Made by a program: the position numbers and the translations under genes. Shown here piece after piece: positions 25,601-37,745 of a stretch of DNA of 64,000 nt. The notes under the pieces are model-generated. The model ran no database searches, was not told where the DNA came from, and saw nothing but the letters and a program-made list of their open reading frames with translations. The number at the start of each line of letters is the position of its first letter. The first letter of the stretch is position 1. The stretch covers positions 1,263,199-1,327,198 of the forward strand of contig NW_004797351.1 of the NCBI RefSeq assembly GCF_000002075.1. Direction: 5' to 3'. The DNA comes from Aplysia californica (Eukaryota).

Positions 25601-26212
25601 NNNNNNNNNNNNNNNNNNNNNNNNNNNNNNNNNNNNNNNNNNNNNNNNNNNNNNNNNNNNNNNNNNNNTTCTCATTCTACTGATAAGTCACTCTACTCTG
25701 GAAGCTATTATATCTAACATTTNNNNNNNNNNNNNNNNNNNNNNNNNNNNNNNNNNNNNNNNNNNNNNNNNNNNNNNNNNNNNNNNNNNNNNNNNNNNNN
25801 NNNNNNNNNNNNNNNNNNNNNNNNNNNNNNNNNNNNNNNNNNNNNNNNNNNNNNNNNNNNNNNNNNNNNNNNNNNNNNNNAGGAGGGAAGGACTATTGAG
25901 TAACATTTGTTCTGTAAATATGAATAAGACAATTTTTTTTTTGGTCTTTGTCTTCTAAAATGCTCAATGTTTCACCATGAAGGGTCTTTGAGAGTTACAT
26001 AGAATAAAAGGAAAGGGAACGCTGTACAAATTATAGGGGGAGGGGACTCATAGAGGAAGCAAAACATCATCATCATCGTCATCATCATCATCAGCATAAG
26101 TATCTTCAGCATCATCATCATTATAGACAGCAGAGAATAAAAAAAGGTTGAGACTTGGTAAAATTTCTAGAAATATTTTATAATCATCATCATCATTATC
26201 ATAATCACATCC

Positions 26213-26278
<66 letters not shown>

Positions 26279-29035
26279 ACTCAAACCCACCTTTCTTTCG
26301 TTCCTTCCCAATCATCACAGTGGGTCAAGTCTAGCTACCACGAGTGGTGATTCGACGGTGAAGATCTGGGACTTCTCAAAGGCTGCCTGCGTCCACACTT
26401 TCACAGATCACACAGCTGCAGGTATAAAATTATAAAAATAGTAATAGCAATTTTCTTGTGCCCCCATTGACACATAGACACAATTCTGATCAGAGACGGA
26501 TTCCTTCCATCTGGTCTGTCAGGGCCATCTAGGTTGATAGAGCTCTCACAGAAACACACGGAAATACTCTGTAACAAAAAAAAAAAACCCTCATTACTCA
26601 GGAATTAAACTTGCAAACGTTTTTTTATTTTTGAATAAAAATTCAGGTGAACCTGCTTTAAGATAATAAACTGTACTTAAGACGTGTTCCCACTTGCCCC
26701 CTCACATTTTTTCCAAGGGGTGACTTAGTGCGACTCACTGCCAATAAAAGCTGCATCATTGCTATCATAATTGTCTTTTTTTAAAAATTAGTGACATATT
26801 GCGTAATATCTGACTTTGATATATATACATGCTATTGTCTGAACTTCATAGGTTTGTATTGTTCTCACTATTGCAACAAACATTTTTAACTGGTAATAAT
26901 CAAAAGTGGTATTTTATTTATTAATTATTTTATTTTATTTTATCTTTTAAAAATGTATTATTATTATTTTTTGTCAAGTGTGGAGTTGTTCCTGGCATAC
27001 TTGTGGAGACTTCCTAGCCACAAGCTCAATGGACAACACAGCCAAAGTATGGGACATCAACAGGTAAACTGTCTATGCGACTGCGGGATATTAACTCGTA
27101 AGCTATTTATGTGACTTTCTTGACCCTATGAGAGATTAACAGGTACACTGTCATTGTGAATATGAGAGATTAACAGGTACAATATCATTGTGAATATGAG
27201 GGATTAACAGGTGCACTATCATTGTTAATATGGGAGATTAAAAAGGAAACTTATGAATAGATGTTTGATAAGAAAGAAGAAGCAAACCACACTAGAGCAC
27301 CCACCAACCACCCAATGATCCTTCTTCAATATGCATGCAAGCACTTGGTAAATGATGCATAGACAACAGCCCATTACAATGCATAAACACACAAAAAATG
27401 TAAGCTCTCTTGAGAACTAGAAATGATAATATATTTTTGTGTTGAAATTCAATTTTCTTTTACTTGACTTCATAAGACTGTGCATAAAACAAATTGAATG
27501 TCTTATCTTTTCTTCAGTTTGAGGTGTAGATTCACCCTCCGAGGCCATGCAGACTCGGTCAACACAATTGAGTTCCTTCCCTTTAGCAACACTTTGCTCT
27601 CCAGCTCTGCAGACAAAACTATGTCTCTTTGGGATGCACGCACAGTGAGTTTTTTGACTCGGTATAACACAACACATACAATGTTTACTAGATCCATCCT
27701 CAGGAAAAAAAATTAATTTGTTGAAAATGTATAAATGTTTTGCGCTGTCACAGACACCATTTAGATCATTTAGAAGGTGGTTTGCTCTGACCTGGCCTGT
27801 CAGAGCGAGTGACAAAATGCCCCAACAAGCAAATGGAGATACTCAATGAAACATAATGTACCCATACAGGAATCAAACTCACATTTCTGCATTTGACAGC
27901 AAAGAGCAGAGAGTCGAACCTTTTTCCGACAGATGTCTGTATGGTGTTCTTATACTTCTGAGGAACACCGCACCATCCGTTTTCATTTTTTATGTCTTTC
28001 TTCTCTTTCCCTTTTTGTGCCCTCCCATTCTCCTTTTTAAATAAACATCTCACAAGCTCGCTCTCATGTTATTGATATCTCCTTGTAGTACTGGAGATGC
28101 ATATTTATTCCACTCTCTGGTGAGCTTTATGCCATTTTAAAGGTGAATACAAGGAATCAAATGCTTTTTTAGATTTGTTATACCCGGTACATAAGTGGTT
28201 TGTCTTCGTAGTATGTCAATGTCAGCACTCTCTGTGATTCCTTAAATTGGATCACCATACTCACAGTAAGCTATAAAGTATCGGTACTTTTTGAAAGTCA
28301 CATACTTTGTGAACCAATTTACTCTCCTGCAAGAAAGACACTAAGAATGGTGCTCTTGTAATCCTGTTTTACCAGTACTTCTTTTGAATACAGGTTTTCT
28401 TGATGTTTGGTGCTTGATCCTGCTTTCGAAAAATTCTAATAACATGCAATCTTCCAGGCGAGTTTATGTGTACCATCAACTTGGTTGGTATCATTGTAGA
28501 TTATCACTTGATTTACCCTTGTTAGAATCCCCAACTAGGCACTCATTAGCTTGTGTTGTGTGGGAAGTTTTCAAGGATATCCGTCAACTTGGTACTGCCC
28601 TATCAGAGATGGATATTGAAAATGGAGGTTTCACCTCTTACATAGAACAAGGTAGTGTTGAAAAGGATATTAAACCCAAGCCATAACAGTCTGGTTTCTA
28701 ATGACATGAAGTGTGTTCAGAATTTTGTTTGTTTGTTTGAAGTACTACACCAGATATCTAAACAGTATCATACCCTGGGTTTCTGTGGTTATTTTTAAGT
28801 CTTTTATTTTACATTTTATAGATTACCCTGAAAATTGATCAAAATCAGGTTCTCAACAATTTCTCAAAAGTATGACATAATCTTATATTGTTGTCTGCAC
28901 GAAGAATGGGTCTCAAAATTATATATTTGTCTGTTTTTCAGGGCTTATGCGCTCAAACATTCTATGGACACTTGCATTCTGTGAACCATGCCACTTTCAA
29001 TCTCAGGGTGAGTTTGTTGCTTGATAATAATCCAG

Positions 29036-29090
<55 letters not shown>

Positions 29091-31164
29091 AATAATGATA
29101 TATACATTTATAAGTTCTTTTTTTGTATTGTCATACGTTTTGTGAATTTCAAACATTTGTTGCTCATATTAGTTGTTTTGGAAAGGAAGACGGACTTGAG
29201 AAGGATGGGAGAGGAGGTACTTACATATCATAATTATTCAACTACAGACATCAAGGAACATCTTACAATATTGCTTAATTTTGTTTCATTATTTCCTTAC
29301 TTGTCTTTAATGGAAAATTTAAAGGATGATGAGTCTATCATGATTCAAAAGTCAAGCAGGATTCTGATTTGGGTGATCTCCTCTGTTTTAATTTTCTAAA
29401 AACTTAAATAGCTCAAGTGCTTATGGAATGATGGTCACGAAGAGGAAAAAGTATTAAATTGTATTTTATTATTATATTGTACAGTATATTATAATATTAT
29501 GTAAAATCATGGTATATTTTATCATGTAACAGGATTTTATATGATAAGACGCGATGCGATTTGATTCATAATATTTCCTTTCCATATACAGTACTTCTTT
29601 CCTTCTCTGTTTTGTTCTCCTTCTCCCCTTTTACAAAGCAGCCCCCAGTGAGTGACACTTTTTCTTCTCTCCCCACCAGGGTGACACTATCGCCTCCTGT
29701 GACTCTTATGGTGTCGTGAAGCTCTGGGATGTCCGTGTTGTTGCGCCCATGGCAAGCTTTGAGGTCGGACCCCACCCTGCCAACAAGTTGGCCTTTGACC
29801 CCTCAGGAGGTGTTCTGGCCATTGCCAGCAACGATAGCACCATTAAAATGTATGAGATCGGCACTGGTCAGGTAAGGAACAAAAAAGTTTTCTGAAAAAA
29901 CAGCTCTTCTTCCTCTCACGAAAATGTGTTTTACAATGGTATGCTCATTAATAATTATCAATAGGCATAAATCATACTGAAACAGGATATCTAAATAATG
30001 CGCGCCTATAGTTTGAGTGAATGAGATTCAAAAGTATACCTCATGTATTACACGCGTGATATATAATATACAACCAGGATGGGGCCAAACAAAGGGGAAG
30101 TAAGGCTGAGCAGGTGAATAAAAATCTGGGTTTTACAACTTATCTTGACCTCTTGCATAGATTACCTTCTACTACTGTAGTCTCTCATATTAACTCCTTA
30201 TCTCTGGTAAACCACTGACAGCAGCTTGCGGTCGGAACCGCTGTACCAGTGAGCTGCTGGTAGTGGCTCGGACAAATTCCTTTCCGACGACGTCAGCGGT
30301 AAATTACTTTTCAGCAATTGCTGAAAACTGGTCTCTTTTACAGGGAGTTCATTCATTAGGTGATGAACTATCAAAATATGTTCACTTGTTTGGTTTTAAT
30401 TACCAATTTAGTGACATATATATGTCAATTTTAGATTTCATACCAAAAGAGGTTTACTTCCCTCAGAGATAAAGAGTTAAATAAATCTCAGTGCAGCAAC
30501 CAATGTTTCTTACTTAAAGCCAAAACACTATATTTAATGCTTGGCATATTTAGCACCTCATGTCACAAATTGATCCCGTATTACACCCGCGACCTACAAA
30601 AATGGGCCGATTTTGGAGGCAAAAATATAGTATGTATGGAAAATCATGATATATGTGAGTATATATAAGGTAGGCCTTTCTTGTGTTCTTGAGGACAGCA
30701 AATGTTTCGAGTTAGGGTTAACATATTTTGACAAGGAACAATGTGATGTGCTTCCCTCCCGCACAAGTAGCCACATTTGATTTTCCCTGACCGTAAAACC
30801 ACCCATAATTGAGAAGCAGCTTGACAACATAGTGGCAGTTGGCTGTATAGCCTTCTGGTGTACCTTTTTTTGGAACGACAAGTAGCCTCCCACTACACTA
30901 AAAAACAACTACCTAAGCAAAATCTAGGATACAGTTCAACTATCAACCGCCAACGTTTAGCCAAGGAAAAATAGAATGCCTGGTAAGGATGATTGTTGAA
31001 AAAAAGAAGAAGTTATTAATGCATATTTTGCTTTCTTGTTTTTCTTGTTACAGATTCAGTCTCTGGTTGGTCATGAAGACGCTGTCCAGTGTTTGTGCTT
31101 TGACCGCAGTGGAGAGTTTATGGTGTCAGGGGGAAGCGACTCCACTGTTCGCATCTGGTCCTAG
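15154..31164 (+). CDS. SPAG16: Sperm-associated antigen 16 / PF20 (axonemal central-pair WD40 protein), 16 coding exons, ~600 aa
   Basis: Exons: 15154-15193, 16325-16402, 17200-17267, 18267-18391, 18881-~19011 (end in gap), 19710-19817, 20833-20996, 21232-21368, 22740-22873, 25208-25351, 26321-26421, 26979-27063, 27518-27644, 28942-29007, 29680-29871, 31054-31164 (TAG). The protein has an acidic N-terminus (YYVEKEEIAVDSDDEFVYEEVP), PEVVDDFVRNFLIHMGLGRTLDCFQTEW, a coiled coil (KLRKERDFHRMHHKRVVQEKN) and WD40 repeats (GHSDWVSDCDFHP, GHADSVNTIEFLPFSNTLLSSSADKTMSLWD, GSDSTVRIWS*). These match known SPAG16 from memory. Confidence 0.95.
15321..15386. repeat. (TAGATC)n self-complementary hexamer repeat; second tract at 52888-52986
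   Basis: Runs of TCTAGATCTAGA. Confidence 0.85.
20440..20790 (+). mobile_element. tRNA-derived SINE with a CORE-like domain (SPAG16 intron 6)
   Basis: A tRNA-like head with B-box GGGTTCAAATC is followed by GTTGTGTCTTTGGGAAAGGCACTTAAC (CORE-like). The boundaries are approximate. Confidence 0.6.
27048..27246 (+). repeat. 34-bp minisatellite overlapping the SPAG16 exon 12 splice donor
   Basis: Unit TATGAGAGATTAACAGGTACACTGTCATTGTGAA occurs at 27127, 27161, 27195 and 27229 (partial). Diverged copies lie at 27048 (spanning the exon end) and 27082. Confidence 0.8.
30194..30476. mobile_element. piggyBac-like MITE, 283 bp, TTAA TSD
   Basis: TTAA|CTCCTTATCTCTG ... CAGAGATAAAGAG|TTAA, a 13-bp TIR with 1 mismatch. 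Confidence 0.75.
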
Positions 31165-31875
31165 TTGAAAGTAGCAATGTTTAGTGTGTCGTTATTTTTG
31201 CTCATGAAACTTTCATCATCATTCTTAATATTTATCAAAGATTTTTTGTTGTTTCAACTTAAAACAAATTCACCAAAACAGAAATTCGACTTTGCACCTG
31301 TAAACTATGGTTTGATAAAAAGGGATGAAATTGTGACACCATATCAAGCAAATCCGGTATAATGTTTTGGAATAATACCATAACAATTTAGTTAAGACTT
31401 TCAAAAGCCTTCAATGTTGTAGAGAAGATCATTTCAGTAAAATAGAAATGAGCCTATTAACTATGTAATGATGACATCATTACTGATCAGACATTGTTGT
31501 CTATTTCATTAGATACAAAAGGATGTTGCTAAATGCCTTATTCATTTTTTGGGTCAAAAATTGAAATGCTCCTGCACTATTTATAGGTGTATTCTCCCAT
31601 AAATGTATGAACCATTTTCAAGACCTAAGGCAGAATGCCTATTCTTGAATCATTTCAATTCCATATAAATACTGCAAACTTCTCTTTTCTCCTCTTTGAA
31701 CTTCGTTATGATAGAGGCAACAAGTTAAACCAAATGTAATAACCTCTTTGTATCCCTGTAAGTTGTGTATAATTGTTGGTACAATTCTCACTACAGCTAA
31801 ATTTAAACATGTGATAGTACTCTTTTGCTGAATTGTTATCAACGTTTTTAAAAATTAGTTTTATTTTACTTAACT

Positions 31876-32310
31876 GTGGCACCTTGATGAAATCAAGGGC
31901 TCATCAATAGAATGAAACCAAAAAAACAAATAGTTTGTTCAACTGCTGGAAATATTTATTGAATTTTTTTTCTAGGCTCAGCACCTTTTGTGTCCATTAA
32001 AAAATACATTTTTGTGTGGATTTGCTGAACAATGTGGATCAAAGGAACAAAAACTGTAAATTTGCAATTTCCAATGACACCCAAGCTTTGCAAGTCACCA
32101 TAATTTGGCGACTATTTTCTCGCTAATTTTACCTCTGACACCAGGCAACCCCTGCCTTCTTCAATAGCAAATATCTCGACTTGTATTCGAGATAGATGCT
32201 TCATATTTTCATTAAAGCATGACAAATGAATATGCTTTAAGGTGATACCAATAACTCCACGTGCCCAAAAACTGATGAGCACCTAATTCCGCCATGTCGG
32301 GACTCATATA
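31876..32310. mobile_element. Degenerate TIR element related to 42790-43227, downstream of the SPAG16 stop (probable 3' UTR)
   Basis: It shares internal GCAAATATCTCGAC.TGTATTC.AGATA...GACAAATGAA...GCTTTAAG.TGATAC.AATAACTC with 43090-43180. Confidence 0.5.
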
Positions 32311-32920
32311 GCTTGTACATGTACTGAAGAAAAAAACAATTCAAAATCGTAACATTTGTGAAGGTTTCTGTTGGTTTTTTTTACCACACTAAGGACAAAA
32401 AGGAATGATAATGTAATTTATGAGAGCATGTATGGCAAACGTATTCATTTTTTTAAAAAATCCATCAAATTTGGGAGTGTTATTCATGATGAATCTGATT
32501 TATGCACAGAAGACAATTATTATGGGTGAGCTGATAGCTCATTTGGTGTCTTGCTTGACCACAATATGGATGACCCAGGTTCAGATCCCCAATAGAGCAT
32601 TCTTGATCTCAGGATGTTTAGGACTTTTCAAAGGTCTCCTCAGACTTGGATGGGTCTTATTAGAGCTGGAAATAAAATTCTTGGATCTTTTTTATTGAAA
32701 TATCTTTCAGTGATCATTAGGGACCTAAATCCGTAGCAGACACAGTTTATGTGGTGACAAAGTCCAGCTGTGATAAAAACAATTTTGAATCTGCTTGAAC
32801 TAAAAAGTAATAAAACAGTGTAAAGTGTAAAGTCGATGAGTTCAGTACTATAACCTCAGCTTATTCTCTTTTCTAGTTACAAAGTGTGATTGGAATTTTG
32901 AGACTTTGATGCATGTAATG

Positions 32921-32926
32921 AATAAA
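32921..32926 (+). terminator. Candidate SPAG16 polyadenylation signal AATAAA
   Basis: AATAAA is followed ~25-55 nt downstream by a GT/T-rich tract, ~1.75 kb after the stop codon. Confidence 0.35.
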
Positions 32927-33526
32927 ATATCTTTACAATAGAAAAATATGTGTGTATTGGGTTGGAATTATTTTTTTTTCTTTTCCTTTTAGACACATCA
33001 TGCTTTGCTCTCATTAATTTCAGATCTGGCTGGGACTCCATGTCTTCTAGGATTGAGTTACTGCAGTTCTTATAAATTAGACTTGTCTTGTTTCAAGCAA
33101 GGTTATTTACTGGCCCGTAGTAAATATTGGCTTTTGCTGGCCTGGATTTTGTTCTCTGATCTGAACACTTGAGCTATTGAGAGTGCGTCTCGTTTGACTA
33201 TGCAATTTATACGTGGTATTTACAGTAAAGGGAAAAGGGAGATATATATATATATATATATGAGACCACTGACAAAACTGAAACACCCTTCCCTATGACT
33301 ACGAGGAATTATATTATCACTTGCTTGCTTGCCCAAACTTTTTATAATTTATAGTGTCAAAAGTTCGGCAGTTTTCCAGATTTGTGTGTTTTATTCACAT
33401 TTGCTGGATTCAGGTAATATGGTAAGGGTTAAAAATCTCTCTCCCTCACTCACACCCTCCCTATATCCAACACATGAAAGCACACATAAACACTCACACA
33501 CATATACACACTCACATACACAGAAA

Positions 33527-33581
<55 letters not shown>

Positions 33582-34016
33582 ATACACGCACACTCACTCA
33601 CTCACACCCACCCCCCTACACACACGTGCGTGCGCACACGTAAGAACAAGTATAGCTATTTGTAATCAACAACTCTTCCGAACTGGAAAGGATACTCAGA
33701 ATCTGACATCAGGGGCCGAAGATGACACCATAATACTATCCTGCAGGAATGAACTGAGGTGTTGACAACTCGAGAGAAGTGCGAGGTGACTCCAACTAAC
33801 CCCCTAGGTAAGCACACGGAAGAAAGCAAAGTCGGTGAATGCTGAAGGCAGTCATATTTATTTCACACCTCCACTAAAACGCCTACGTAAGAGAAATCTG
33901 AAAAAAGGTGTACGCGTGAACGCCGATGCTCAACAAACAAGCAACAACAACAACCAACCCCCCCCCAAAAAAAAAAACACACAACAACAAAAAAAAAACC
34001 AACAACCAACAACAAC

Positions 34017-34047
<31 letters not shown>

Positions 34048-34659
34048 AACACAAACAAAAACAAAACTCAAAACATTTTTTTGTTCAATATTAAAAACAA
34101 CAACAAATAAACAATGACAAAACAAAGGAGAAATAATCAAAGTTGAAGAGGTAGTGAAAGGGACCCATAATAAGACAAGATTCGATTATAAAATCCTTTT
34201 CCAAAATTCTACTCTCAGACGATGCTATTATTCTCTAACCGTGTAACTGGTTTAACAACTTTCCAGCAAGCCACCCCCCCCCCTCCCCCAACTCGCTAAA
34301 AAAAAAAACGCTCGTAAAAGAAAATACCCCCCTCCCCCCAAAAAATACCAACAAATAATATATAATATTACAAAACAAACAAACAAACAAACAAATACTA
34401 ACAAGTGAATTAAACAAACACACAAACAGACAAACAAACCAGCAAACACACGAACAAAAAACACTTTAAAAGCAAGACTTACAAGATGATCAAAGTCAAA
34501 GGCAAAAAAGATAGCCCAATGTTGTTTTTTTTTTTTATTCTGTCCAATCTGACTCCTGGTAAGTTTGATTGAAGACTCCTAGATCGAGTTTAGAACAACA
34601 AGAGCTAGGGTCTAGAGAGGTACAGAAATATGCACTAATAAGATGGTATCGATAGTAAT

Positions 34660-36270
34660 GGTAGCGAATAGGCCTTCCAGAAATTCTTCCAGCCAGAAAT
34701 GACCTCCCAATAGATACCGAACCGCCTTCAAGAGAGGAAATTGCAGCCGCTATAAAAACACTGAAGTCCCACAAGGCAGCTGGTCCCGACCATATGCCAC
34801 CCGAAGCACTTAAGGCAGATAAAGATACGTTAGTGGAAATTCTCTATGCTCTATTTGAAAAGGTTTGGCAAAAAGAGGAAATACTATCAGACTGGAAGGA
34901 CGGCCACCTAATCAAGCTGCCAAAGAAGGGAGACCCCAGCAATTGTAACAACTACAGAGGCATCACACTCCTGTCCATACATGAGAAAGTCTTTAACAGG
35001 ATACTCCTGGAGAGAATCAAGCTGGCAACAGACGAGAAGCTCCGAGGTAACCAGGCAGGATTTCGCAAAAACCGATCATGTGTGGACCAGATCGCTACTG
35101 TACGCATCATTGTTGAGCAATCACTTTAATGGAATTCACCACTTGTGGTCAACTTCGTTGATTATGAAAAGGCGTTTGACAGCGTGGACAGGGAAACGTT
35201 GGAAACTCATGCACAATTTGGAATACCTGACAAAATCGTCAAGCTTGTGAAGGCCACCTATGAGGGAACAAACTGCCAAATCTTCCACGAAGGACAACTC
35301 TCAGAATCATTCCAAGTACAGACAAGAGTGCGACAAGGATGCTTGCTCTCACATTTTCTCTTCATACTGGCAATTGACTGGGTCATGAAAGAAACCACCA
35401 GAGGCAAGCGTAATGGAATACAGTGGATCCCTTGGCACCAGCTGGACGACTTGGACTTCGCTGATGACCTTGCACTGCTCTCTCACGCACATGCTTAGAT
35501 GCAAGAAAAGACCAAGGAACTCAACAGCCTATCAAGGAGTGTTGCCGGCGTATACATCCAGGCAAGTCAAAAGTAGTGAAGCTAGGACACGTTAAAGCCC
35601 TACTGCGACAGTGGAAGAAACTCCCCTGGAAGAAGTGGACTCCTTTACCTACCTTGGAAGTGTCATCGATGGTACAGGTGGAACCGAGGCTGACGTTAAA
35701 GCAAGAACCGCTTAGGCAAGGTCAGCATTCAATCAATTATCAAAAGTCTGGAAAGCAAGTAACATCTCACTACGCATCAAGATTCGACCCTTTAACTCCA
35801 ACGTCAAGTCTGTGCTCCTCTACGGCTGCGAAACTTGATTGGAAGACAACAAAGACAGTACTGAATAATGTTCAGACTTTCATCAACAGATGTATGAGGA
35901 GTATTCCAAGAGTTAAGAGGCAGGATAGAATAAGAAATGAAGAGCTGTGGGAAAGGACAGGACAAAAGGATATAGAAGTAGAACTAGGATTAAGAAAGTG
36001 GCAATGGATGGAACACACCTTAAGAAAGCCCAGCGGAAACATCACAAGACAATCACTGCAGTGGAACCCACAAGGAACTCGAGGCAGGGGTAGGCCACGG
36101 GAAACATGGAGAAGATGCGTGGAAAGAGACATGAAAGAGATTAAGTTCACTTGGAACGAGCTAGGAAGGATGATGGCTCTGGACAGAGATAAATGGAAGG
36201 AGCTTGTATGTGGCCTATACCCTGCCAGGGGTGAAAGGCATTGATGATGATGAAGAAGATGATGATGATA
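34660..36270 (+). mobile_element. RTE-clade LINE, 5'-truncated, frameshifted RT, (GAT)n tail
   Basis: It encodes KLPKKGDPSNCNNYRGITLLS, NQAGFRKNRSCVDQI, FVDYEKAFDSVDR, VRQGCLLS, LDFADDLALL and GRGRPRETWRR, with several stops and frameshifts. It ends in TGATGATGATGAAGAAGATGATGATG, a short-repeat tail typical of RTE. Confidence 0.93.
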
Positions 36271-36306
36271 CAATGTTTTGATATCAGACTAAAAATATTA
36301 TTATTA

Positions 36307-36344
<38 letters not shown>

Positions 36345-37462
36345 TGCGCGCCCTCTCTTCAACAGACAGTCTTGAAACTTTTCCAATCCAATGGGAATGT
36401 CTCATTTTAAAAATCTGACACACCAAAAATTATATTACTGCGTACCCGTCAAATATCCTGAAAAGAGAATCGATACCAACAGAAAAAACCGGCACAAATT
36501 TCCATTTCCCAACAGTTGATATTGTCGACTGCAACCGTGTATGTGCATGAACATTGATTTTTTTAAATGGGAAAAATAAATCCGCAATTTCTTTCTCTTT
36601 GTCTTCCAGAATTACTCACAATTTTGCGTAGAGTTTTCATTTTCATTTAACATATGCTTTCAAAATCACAAATAACAATTAAGCTTATAATGAATTATAA
36701 TATAATTTGAGACCAGAATAAAAAAAAAAAAGCGTTGGAACAAATTTGGTGGATGCATGGTTAAGTCAGTCATCGACGATACCTTTCTTTTAGCTATACT
36801 GTTAGAGCATAGCAGTAGTATGTTTGTCAACCGCTGACATTTCAGAGGTTTCCATGACAACATTAGTCTTTAGAGTAATTGGAAGTTCTACTTGTTCAGC
36901 ACTCTTATATATATTCATCACGCTGTATAATCAACGACTTGGCTGAAGAGGGGAGATTTTTTATTCAACGCTTTTTGTTCAGAAGAGTGTGCCAATTATA
37001 TGACAAAAATTATATAAATCTGTAAAGCGGATGCCAGTCTCATAGCTTCTTTTTTTGTTCAAAAGAAAGTGTAATTAGGGACAAAGATCTCGTACAACTA
37101 AAACGATAGTTCAGTTTGACCCACACAAAAATACATTTTAAAATTTATATATAACGAAAGATGACATTCTCGTAGCTTTTTGTTCATAAAAAAGCGCGCC
37201 AATGTGAAAAAACACAATAAAACGGAAGACATTCTTGCGGTTTGTGTCTTCAAAACGGACCAATAATTAATGTTCTTTACACTTTTGAGCTCTGTCAATA
37301 AACAGCGAGTGTTGGCCGAGTGAGCTAGGTTATTGAACTTGAAAAGCAATCACGTCCGATACAGCGTTATTGTTGAAAATTTCCTTGAATTAATTGTAAC
37401 GTGGTCAGTCAAATTTCACTGGTATTTTGTTCGAGGACGTATCATTTTTGTGAAACACACGC

Positions 37463-37528
<66 letters not shown>

Positions 37529-37745
37529 ACACACATACACAAACAAACAAACACACTNNNNNNNNNNNNNNNNNNNNNNNNNNNNNNNNNNNNNNNNNNN
37601 NNNNNNNNNNNNNNNNNNNNNNNNNNNNNNNNNNNNNNNNNNNNNNNNNNNNNNNNNNNNNNNNNNNNNNNNNNNNNNNNNNNNNNNNNNNNNNNNNNNN
37701 NNNNNNNNNNNNNNNNNNNNNNNNNNNNNNNNNNNNNNNNNCTAC

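Noticed and set aside
29639-29647. 9-nt micro-exon (AAG|CAGCCCCCA|GTGAGT) before SPAG16 exon 15
   Set aside because: It would leave a 32-nt intron, probably too short, and would insert QPP into a conserved WD repeat. It is unsupported without RNA data.
37401-37745. N-terminal extension of the 858-aa ORF
   Set aside because: It is an artefact of reading through a (CA)n tract and an N gap from a non-ATG start.
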